A stretch of 64,000 bases of DNA from Hyphochytrium catenoides (Eukaryota; Protista; Hyphochytriomycota). The DNA lies in the NCBI GenBank assembly GCA_900088475.1, contig FLMG01002864.1, positions 1 to 64,000 on the forward strand. Reading direction: 5' to 3'. Positions 26,377 through 36,859 of this stretch are shown here, piece by piece. The notes under the pieces are model-generated. The model was not told the DNA's origin. It ran no database searches and worked only from the letters and a program-made list of their open reading frames with translations. How positions within the stretch are numbered: position 1 is the first letter of the stretch; each line of letters begins with the position of its first letter. Made by a program: the position numbers and the translations under genes.

Positions 26377-27344
26377 AAATACTTTTTGGATATGTTCAGG
26401 CTGAGTCTCGGAGTATTTCCCTAGCACACAACCAATGGGTTGTCATGACAACGGAAAATTTTTGGTAAATGGTCGCCACAGCGAGCGATAGAAGATTTCG
26501 GGAATCGTCGGGTTATTCTTATAAGAAGTGTGCTATCGGAGCTTGTCTGAAGGCATAAGGGAAAGTGGCAGGAGGAGAGGGGAGGCAGGTAACGGCAAAA
26601 ACGAGAGGAGAACCAGCAACATGAACTAAATAAAGGAGGTTTGTTATTGATTATCCTGCTGCAAGAGAGAAGAAAATTCCTCCTTATCATTCATTCAGGA
26701 GAGAGGAAAGAAGTGGACCGAATGGAGTAGTAGCCAATAACTTTGCTTCTACTTTCATAATAAGTAGCGGGCATTTACTGATTTGCTAATGAAGTCAGAG
26801 CGACCTGAGAGGGACGGGAGGCTCCTTCTCCTCTTCAGCTAGCTCATCACCTGCTTGTGTAGTAGCTGCGTGCTACTATTAATGTTCTTTTCTGCTAGCT
26901 GCCGCAAAAATGAGGTTATTATCCTTCGACAATTACCCAAGAGAAAAGGAAAAATAAGGATAAAGGGGAACTACTAATCATCACGATGTCGTCCATCAAC
27001 TCCCTGTAGTGGCCATCAGAAGATAAAATAACGCATTATTACGTAGCCTTGTTTTCATCTTTTTCCCTTAAAAGTCATCATTAGAAGTCATCATGAGAGG
27101 ACGGTTCATCTTTATTGATCCTCAGTTCTCACACTTTCTGAGTAGTAGTTCTGCTTCGGGCAATTCTTCCTCGCCAGCAGGTGGCATGAGCTCGACTTGT
27201 TGCAGGACAATGACAATATGACAGGGCCCTTACCACTTGATGTGATGCTCTTTTTTGCTTGTCATAACGTGAAGGGAGAGAGGGCAGCGAATACTCTATG
27301 TCAGCTTCTAGACCTTTGATGTTTCCAGCCGTTTCAACAGCTGA

Positions 27345-27416
27345 TCCTCGATAGTATAGTGGTTAGTATACCCGCCTGTCACGCGGGTGACCCGGGTTCA
27401 ATTCCCGGTCGGGGAG
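27345..27416 (+). tRNA. tRNA-Asp(GUC), copy 2 (identical to copy 1)
   Basis: Same 72-nt sequence as copy 1, followed by AAATCTTTTT. Confidence 0.98.
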
Positions 27417-27759
27417 AAATCTTTTTGCCCGATTGATCTCTCTGGGTCAGAGATCTTGCGAAGCGATGCCAGTCTCTGTGAACTATTATGAAGCTTCATC
27501 GCTTTCAGGGTCAGAAGTCGTATGGGGACCGAGTCTGCCTTGAGACCGCAGTCTTCTCTAATGTACGATAGAGTGGAGAGAGAGATGATCAACAGGTCAC
27601 AGATCCCCGCTTCCCTTGCCATTGACGAAGGCATCTTATTGGATGCACGTGATTATTGACGGTACTTGGGACAGAGCAGGATCGAAGGCCAGGTAGACAT
27701 CATCTCAAGAGCGGCAAGGACCCGCTGCGGTGTGCACGACCTTCTTTTCTAAAGAGTGG

Positions 27760-29682
27760 ATGCTAAGAATGAAGTCATCTCCCCTCATTAGCGCTCTCAA
27801 GTTAGCACATACTAGCGCTATCAGGTCAGGAGCTATCAGCAAGCTGTCAACCTCACCCGTCACCATAGAGGATGGCACAATCAAGGTAAGCAAATGCCCA
27901 TAGGCTTTCAACTTTCAGCATTAAACTTGTTGCTGGCTTTCTCGTGCCCTGTCGTCAGGTTTAATGCCAACTAATATATGATCTCACTCTGCAGTTCGTT
28001 GTTTCGATCCTTGACAACGAAGCGTTCAAGAATAAGCCAAAGAAGACTGAAGGCTCTAAAGGTAAACCATCAGAATCTCAATTGTGATTATTAGTAGTCC
28101 AAACTCTTGGGCCCTGCCTGTTGACTCTATCTCCATCAACCTCGTCTTAGCTCCTACAAGGCTGTCGCTCTTCTTTGCCTTTTCATTTGCTATCTGATGG
28201 CTGTAAGCGTCTTCAGGGACCAGCATCCGTTCATCCTTCTTGCCCGCTAACTCTTGTTCTGAATGACGAGCAGCTCCCGCAGACCCATTCGACAAGGACA
28301 ATTTAGATCGCCGTCTCTGGGTAACTGCTATCGGTTCAGAGCACACACTGATGCTCAACAAGTTTCCTGTGCTAGACTACCATGTAGGCACCTTTGCTTG
28401 ACTCGCAAATGATTCTCCGTGGTCCTTGGACAGGTCCTTTTTCTCTCTCCTTCTCCTGCACCTCCGTACCACAACTCCTCATGCTTTGCCGCCATCCTGA
28501 TGCTAACTTTGCTGTTAACTCAATGCTTTCTGGCTCTATTTCTCAGACAGTACTATGCACGACGGAGTTTGAGGAGCAATCTTCTGGGCTTACTCCAGTA
28601 GATCTAGGAGCACTGATGGAGTGCGTATATAGCTTCAACGGTCTGGGGTTCTATAATTGTGGACCACAGTCTGGAGCAAGGCAAGTGCCATGTATCTCTC
28701 TATGCGCTTGTTCGGTTAACCTCAGGCTCATGGAGTATTCTCTTCCTTCTCTGCTAAAGTGTGAAGCGATCGTCTCTACCCTGACTTTGTAGACTCTCTT
28801 CCTCTCTGTAAATTGACCTACGGACCGTCTTCAGATGCATCTTCTATCCTGGTCATTTCAACTCTTAGGCTTCTATCTTGTTCCTTCCTTCCTTACTGAC
28901 TCGCAAACTGGATCCTACGCGCGCCCTCCTTTGCCTTTCTAAAGTCAACGCCATAAACACATGCAAATTGTGCCTATAGACCAACTTGTTGGCAAGAGAG
29001 TAGAGGATGGAGAGATAGCTGGCCAAGACTTTGAGCAACTGGTAGAGTAGGATGGTTCTTAGCACTATTTGGGGCCATTTTCTGATAAGTCGTTGTCTTT
29101 TTTTCCTCCTTTGCTCCCCGCGTTCATGTCTTCTCCCGACTGTTTGGTTGCAGTCACTGCCTGTCGACCACCTCATCACGCAAGCTGCACGAGACAGTAG
29201 GGGCACGCCGTTCCGCCTCCCAGCTTTCCGTTTCTGTCATGCGGTCTGCTTGAACAATGACCTTGCCTCTGACGAACACCCGTTGGCATTAGGAAGTAAG
29301 TATTGCCTTCTTCAAGCTATCATGTGGTTTCTATCAGTCTTTGTCAGCTTAAGCTCTGACCTCACGTGTCCTTTGTACTATCGCTGGCCTGCCCTTCCAT
29401 CCATTGACTGTCTAATTCGCTATAGGTAAACTCCATGCTAAGCTGGAAAGTCTGCTCTCGGAGGCGGGAGTTTGTCACAAAGAAGTCGAAGAGTCCTATA
29501 ATGTGCTGGTCACGCCTAAGTGGACAATGGTGGCCAGACGAAGGGAAGACTGCTACCTGGGTGTCAGTGTGAATTCCCTAGGCTTTGCAGGATACTTCCT
29601 CGTGAAAGACGAGGAAAGTTTAGAAACCTTGAGACGGGATGGTCCTCTTAGCGTCCTGGCGAAAGTCTCCATGCCTTTATAA
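27760..29682 (+). CDS. Ap4A phosphorylase / ATP adenylyltransferase (APA1/APA2-like), about 7 exons; start uncertain
   Basis: Spliced motifs DPF, HTLMLNKFPVLDYH, GFYNCGPQSGAS|QRHKHMQIVP (HxHxQ), SYNVLVTPKWTMVARR and GVSVNSLGFAGYFLVK. Stop TAA at 29680-29682. Confidence 0.92.
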
Positions 29683-30607
29683 GGTGCTTCTGAAGCCGAT
29701 GATGGCGGAAGAATACCTTTGTGAGGGAACAAGAACAACACATATGCATGGACGCAGGGTAAGGAGAGAGCACACGCGCGCGTGAGAGAGAGAAACAGCG
29801 AAAGAGAAAGAAAAAGCAACCCTAAGTGCACATCTGGATTAGGTTCTATTCGGGTTGCTACAAAGTTCAGATTCTGGAGCAGCTGAAGTGACGCAAACGT
29901 AGAAGAGAACGGTATATATACAGCTACAGGCTCGACAAGAGTGCTTAAGACCTTCACTCCGGGACGGTTCGAAGAGGGATATGGTCTAGCTTATAAGATG
30001 TACTTGCCCAGTACCTAATATAGGGGCTTTCAGCCGCCAGGCTCAAAGTCCTGGCCGGATCTACGCTGAGAAATTGGTGTGCTTTCAATCCTCGTCCTGG
30101 ATACCTCACTTCCTTGTATAGGACCAGGAAAGTCTACTCAGCGCGGAGAAGTAAGCAAAGAATAGAAGACGCAGGAAGAGATAAGATATATTGCTTTCAT
30201 TACCAAGTTAGTACATCAAAATGAACTACGTCTCTTTCGTCATTACCCAGAAGCAGACAGCGGGTTGTAAGGTTGTAAATGTCATGCGAGCGCCCTTCCT
30301 TACGCTGCCATCTAGTAGATAAAGTCCGACAGTGGCACTCCCATCTTTCGAAATATCATCTGGATCTGAGCCGCAATAACTGACATGTCGTGCTAGTGCA
30401 AGTATAAGGGGTTTGTGTGCTTGCAGTCACAGTGTGTGATTGTTGGTGAAGAGGAGAAGCATAAAATTTGACCACACCAGACAGATTGTTTGGTGAGAAC
30501 ATTTCTCATTGGATATAGGACAAGCTTCGATAGATCTGAAGCCTCTCCGTCCTTAGTATATACTCCTGTTGAAGACATCGCAGCCGCATGAGCCTCTCTT
30601 GTCAAGC

Positions 30608-33600
30608 TTAATCATCCTCAATATCGGTGGACCTCCTGAAGCTTTCCTCAGGCTCCTTCAACGATACAGAATCAGGGACGGCACCGAGAGGAAAGTACTC
30701 ATGTTCGATACATCCGTAGAAGACCTTGAAGATCCGAAAGCCCTATCAATCCCGAGGCAGAAAGTGCGTTAGAGGCAGGAGAGTTTGATGTATTGAAGTG
30801 TGCTAGTTAGTCTTTGAAAGTAAAAAGACTAACAATGGATCCGAGGTAAAAGGACTTGAAGGACACTGTAAACTAGCTGCAGACAGGAGGAGAGGCCGTA
30901 GTGGGTTACATCTACCGGCTGTCTGTCCAAGTTGGAGCCGCAGGCAGCCCCAGTGGTCACCATATCCACAGCTGCTAGAGGACCTTCATCTGCATCTTCA
31001 ACTCTCCTGGGCCTGGGGAGCTCTCGGGCTGGGACGCGTCCTTCTGAGTTGCGGAGAGCGTGGCCGGCAAGGAGGGCTTTGGCCTTCAATTGTTGCAGCA
31101 GGTCCATGGTTATACCTCGCTCCTAAGAACAGACCCATTCAATATATCAAGACCAAAGGCACGTACACAGGGACGGTGCCTGAGGTGGTTACCTCTGGGG
31201 GAATGTTTAGCGAACCAGCAGGAGTGTGAACCGCGTTTTCGCTCTCGGGTTCCTCGCCCGGAAACATAACTGGCTCCTCACTGTCCTTGAGGAACCAGGG
31301 GTGGTGTCTACGTGCAGAGGGTACATTTCAAAGTCCAGGAAGAAAATCATCGTGGAGTACTATAGAGTGGACCACCAAGCGCTCTTAGTAGAGAAGTGAA
31401 AGTGCGAGACGCCCCACTTTGCACTTATGCAAGAGGGAAAGGTGGGGACCACGGAGCCATGAAGAGGATGTAGGCCCTACTCCGAACAGAATCAAGACTA
31501 GGAGAGAAAAGTGATAAACATATCGACAGGAAGAAACGGAGGTGAAGGAGGCGTCGACTCACCCCGCGACGATTATATGTTGAGAGCCGACTTTAGCAAT
31601 CTCCAGTTCACGTCTGAGCCACTCTAAGTGCAAGCATCAGCTAGCCTACTCTCTTTTCATGAAAGAGGTCATAATCCTACCGCTCTGTCTGGCACGTTTA
31701 TGTTCCGTCTTTTTCTGATAGATGAATAGCGATGTATTCAGCACTAAGAGACAGAGGCCCTGGAACCTGGCAAGCCGGTTAGCTTTTAAAGTGAAGTATG
31801 GACATGTTTGCGTCACAAGAAGGGAGAGCAATAAGACACGAGTGAGAAAGACGCAGCCAAACAGGAGACAGATCCAAACCAATATAAACTCCAGGATGAT
31901 GGGGAAGACCAAGAGCCAGATCATGTATGCCAGCTAGACGAAGAGTTAAGAGAAACTCTAATCGCAAGGAACAGGAAACAGTGATCTAGACCATGTATGT
32001 GCTGAGCAACAACCCTGAAGAGGAAGAAGAACAGTCGGCCTTACCAGAAGCAAAAATAATCGTCGCCATACCAATCCCTGTATGCCTCGAGGCCCTCTTC
32101 AGTGAGACCCGAGCCACTAGCCCCAATGTCCTGATCTCCACAAGCGAACAGCTGAAGAAGCGAAATGAAAAAGGGAAGACTTAACGAGTCCTGGAACTAA
32201 TGGACTTCCCCGTTCACCATGTCTACAGCCGTACCATGGGTATGGTCTCAGAGATGTTGCACATGACCCTTCTGACTTTCTCTGCCTTTTCCTTAACGTC
32301 CAGTGATTAGTGGCGCCTGCAAAGGTGAAGGACATACATTAAAAGTACCTGATGACTGGCGTGCTTGGGATCGACATTGGTCAAATCCCCAGTTATGAGT
32401 ACAAAGCTTGGCCTCAAACGGTTAACATGAGCCACGGTCTGGGCCAAAAGCGATTCATCTTCTGCCGTCGCACCGAATTGGATGTCTGATATCTTTTAGC
32501 ATCATAACAAAATAATCAGTTCAAGGGTGAGGCCATTTCTCTATCTAGACCACTTTTATGGCGTTCTGGAAGATCACTCGTACCGCCAGTCAAAGATTTC
32601 CCTAATCAATCTCTCAGCATCAAGTCACTGAATTAGAGCTTTGGACATGCCTGAATGAAGAAAAACGGCTTCTCCTTCCATCCTATCTGATTACTCATCG
32701 TAAAGGGCGGATATCTCCTATTGCGTGTCCGCTGGAAGCGCCAACGAAGAGGGTCCTCGTGAAAAAGCTGAGCCACCACTATCAGAGGCATGCCACGGGC
32801 ATCAGCAAACCATTGGCCTTCTCCTTTTTCATATCCTTCTACTAAGGGCCGGTCTTACAACCTACTCACCTGGAAGGTGGAGGATGTTATGCCTCTCTAA
32901 CAGGTGGAGTACTTCGTTTCGTTCTCTTGGACCCAAGTTGCTTAAAGCGCCCGGCATAAAGTTGAATTGGCCATCCTCATCAGGTACTGACGGGGACTTG
33001 GCCGCTGCATACTCTCGGATCCGAGTCACGAGCTTCCTGACGCGGAGATAAGACTCTGATGGCTCCGGCGGTCCTTCCAACATTCTCTGCCTCCAATCTA
33101 CGCCTTTGAAAAAAGGATGTGCTGAAAATGTATCCAACATGTCGATTAGCAATTAACAGCTTTCTTGGGACCATTAGATTGGACCCAGAGGCGGCACTAC
33201 CTAAGATCGAGGTCATATCGTCATCCAGGCCCAATCTATCCGAGATGTTCCTGGCAAGCAAGCCCATTATTATGCTTTTCGCCTCTTCAGAAAAGTGGGA
33301 AGGCAGATCGTCGGTCGTCAGGCCCTGCTTAGCCTTGAGCATGGTCGTATATACTCCACTGGTTTTGAAGGGAGGAAATCCATCTAAGAGCTGATAGAAT
33401 GGAGAGAGTATCAGAGTCCGCTATACCCTAGTAGATCCACCAGTTCACTTGTTCCCTTTTCCCTATTAATCTCTTTCTGCTTCCATCAAAGTTTGCTTCC
33501 ATCGCTTTGTAGCGGCGGGGAGCACTCCACACACTTGGATACGATGTATCTATTCTAGGTTCCTCTCTATCCTGCCTGATCAGCTCCTTATTCGGTGGGT

Positions 33601-34818
33601 CCTACCTGAAAAATAATGTTCCCTAAAGCCCATGCATCTGCGTCGTACGATACATTCTTGGAGTCAATTGTCTCTGGCGACATGTACTCCGGCGTCCCTT
33701 AGTTCCACCCTTTGTTAGTTATCTACCAAGAGAGGCTAGTTAATGGCCCAACCGCTGGCTAAAGAAGAATCAACTCACCGACAAAGTTGGGCCCGTTTAA
33801 AGAGGCATCTCGCAAATCTTTTGCCGTGCCAAAGTCTATCAGTTTGAGATGGCCATCCCTCCCAATTACCATGTTCTCAGGCTTTAGATCTCTTCGGTAC
33901 ATTCACGGTTAGCAGGTGGGGAAAGAAGTAATGAGTTAAAAGGTAGGAAGGAGGTAGGGAGGACAAAGTAGTGAAACGGAAGCGAAAAACAAGGAGGGCA
34001 GAGAGAGAAAAGTGAGCGAGGCCACCGGCATCCGATGCCAAGTGTTAGACAGACGTTATTTTTCACTTCTTGGACATAGGGGTAGGCCATGTCAGACGCA
34101 GTGTTACCTATGAACTATTCCTTTCGAGCGTAAGTAGAGCAACGCCTGCACAATATCTGCCGCATAGAACTGAGCCAACCTCTCCCCGCAACCCACAGGG
34201 ACACCATCGTCCAACAAGCGCTCCCATAAGTCCCCTCCACCAGGATATTCCATTAGATAGTATAGACTTTCTGCATCCTGTGAAGACGGTGTGTGTGTTA
34301 GGAGTCAGGGGCCAGTCTCATTCACTAGACGGAGACATTCCCCTAGCAGACTACGTTACCTGGAAAGTGCTATACAGTTGGATGATGAATGGACTCTCCA
34401 ACTTATTTAGCACTTGCTTCTCCATAAGAAGCTCATTATGTAGATTCTTATGGCGGATCTTCAGCCGTGAGACTGTCCTTTTGTCAACCACTTTCAGGGC
34501 AAATTCTTCTCCACTCTTCTTGTGGATTGCATACTGTACTTGGGAACAGTTTCCCTAAGCCAAATATATGAATGTTAACGATCAAGAAGTACTATTCCTG
34601 CGGATAATGACAGAGTAGAGTTTTTCTAGACCTTACCGTGCCCAGGACCTTGCGAAGGTCAAATTCCTTGAGGAGCGGCTTCCTAGTTTTGTTCTTCACT
34701 GCAAGCAGAAGATGTTTCTGAGTACTAAGCATCCACACGGAAAAAACGAGGCCCCCATACCGCTTTCTATGTCATCGTCCGCAGGAGGGCTTGCAGAGGC
34801 ACCTGACTGTAGAGTCAT
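30608..34818 (-). CDS. PDK1-like AGC kinase fused to a CPPED1-like calcineurin-type metallophosphoesterase domain (17 exons)
   Basis: Kinase: LGT|GNCSQV, FALKVVDK, HR|DLKPEN, KLIDFGTAK, FV|GTPEYMSPE, DAWALG and HPFFKGVDW. The linker exon HLP|VVAQLFHEDP continues in frame into PFFFIQ|ISDIQFG, ITGDLTN, IPM|LFACGDQDIG, YGDDYFCFW, LVLNTSL, WLRREL, AG|HHPWF, LAGHALRN and GFRIFKV...IEHEYFPL. Stop TAA at 30608-30610. Confidence 0.85.
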
Positions 34819-35489
34819 GACCACTTTCCTCTGTACCTTGGGGCCTTTACTTCCCAGAGGTGTATCAGGTTCCTCGATACCACTTCCTCTGTATCTTTAA
34901 GCCTTTACTGCTTGGATGCGTATCAGGTTCCTTAGTGTCTTTGGTTCATTTCTTGAAGGCTAGAGGGCTGCTAATGGCTGGCCTTGGAGCTAACGACGGG
35001 ATGACGAAGCCTAAGCCAGAGCTGCATCCGGCGCAGCTGGCGTCTGGACTGTTGAAGCTAATTCTGAAGATTGCATCAATACGAAGCGGCACATATGTGA
35101 TAATCATCACTAAAACCGATACATTGATTCTTTTGTGGATGTTGTTCAAAATATAGCTCAGGCCTATCAACAATAGTCGGATCTGGGGAAAGATTCATAG
35201 ATCTCCACAAGTGGTAAGTTACGGTGCCGCACTCCTTTAGCTAGTCAGAGAGACAACAATTGAAAGAAACCTCAGCTTTCGTTGTATCTTTCATTGCGTT
35301 CTTTCTGATTGTTACGTGGAAGAACGGCAGCGCAGCAGAAGAAAAGGAAAGATCCTCCCCTCACATTCTCAGCCTTCAAATAGAGCCTTCTTTCTGATCT
35401 TCAACAGTACGGCGCCGCTCATTCTGCAATCTCCGCGAAGCTCCAGACAGTCTCTTCCAAGGATAACTGGACGGTCGCCTTCAAGAAAC

Positions 35490-36400
35490 ATGAGGTTCTT
35501 CAGTAGCATCGCCGTCATAGCGGCGCTGGTGGTAGCGATTTGTACTGCGCCAGCTGATGCAAAGAAGAAAGGCCCCAAAATTACCCATAAGGTCTATTTC
35601 GATGTCTCCATTGGAGGCAAGGATGCTGGTAAACGTCCTTATTGCTCTACACGCTTTAAGAGCTACCTTTGGGACTAAACGAGAACTCCCCCCTTCAGGA
35701 CGTATCGTCATGGGGCTTTACGGCAATACCGTGCCCAAAACTACCGAGAACTTCCGTGCTCTGTGCACTGGTGAAAAGGGACTTGGCAAGTCCGGCAAGC
35801 CTCTGCACTACCAAGGCAGCAAGTTCCACAGGGTCATTCCTGACTTTATGATTCAAGGCGTAAGACTATTTCAGTGAAACATCTAGGCCTGTACGAACCA
35901 CTTACCCTGTCCTGCAGGGTGACTTCACACACGGCAATGGCATGGGTGGCGAGAGCATCTACGGCGAAAAGTTTGAGGACGAGAACTTTAAGCTGTGAGG
36001 CGATCACCACACCTTTAATGCTCACTGCGCCTCTCTCACATGTTTGTCTCTCTTCTTTCCAGCAAGCACAAGGAGCCTGGTCTTCTCAGCATGGCAAACG
36101 CTGGAAAGAACACGAACGGCAGCCAGTTCTTCATCACAACTGTCAAAACCCCTTGGTTGGATGGTGGGTCTCTATGATCTTCTCTCTATCTTAGTCAAGA
36201 GTGGCACTACAAACTCTTAAATTTGCTAATCCGTAGGCCGCCACGTCGTCTTCGGCAAGGTTCTTGAGGGCATGGACGTGGTCAAAGCCATTGAGGCCGT
36301 GGGCACTGGTAGCGGCTCTCCCACGCAGGAAGTAGTGATCAAGAAGAGTGGAGAGCTTATGGATGAAGTACCGGAGGAAGGCGCTAAGCAGGACCTATAG
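35490..36400 (+). CDS. Secretory-pathway cyclophilin (peptidyl-prolyl isomerase, CypB-like), 5 exons
   Basis: Signal peptide [24 protein letters not shown], then [37 protein letters not shown]|[21 protein letters not shown] and WLD|GRHVVFGKV. The C-terminus is KQDL. Confidence 0.97.
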
Positions 36401-36859
36401 GCTTTCCACGTGCCTTCTCGCATCTTGCGAACTATGGGTCCCTGTAAGTCATGGGATGAAGCCTTATGCCTTCAGCTAGTAATCACGCCTGCACGGCGGA
36501 CGTAAGCAAATTATACTTTACATTGATTTTGATCCAGCATATCATACGAGAGATTCATTTGGTAGGAGCTTGTGGGAGGCGGGTACTTCCGTCGCTCTTT
36601 CATGACAGCAAATAAGGCTCCACCTAGCTCCTGACAACATGAATAGTGCCTCGACGCGGCAGAGACCCAAAAGAATGCACAAGCGATCCACAATTATCAT
36701 CAAGGTTCTTCCTTCCAACGCTGAGTGACGTAGAGAAGAACTGGACAGGGGCTTAGTTGCCGCACCCTCTTTCTCATAGTACGGTTTGCTGTCCTGTGCA
36801 GTGCCGTCTGCCGACGTTGTAGCACCCCCATTGGGGCGAATGAAGCTATGACATTAACG

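Noticed and set aside
25500-27010. Reverse-transcriptase-like words (RQGD, SFDDIV, LMDDIV)
   Set aside because: The motifs are isolated, with inconsistent spacing and strand and no supporting RT context.
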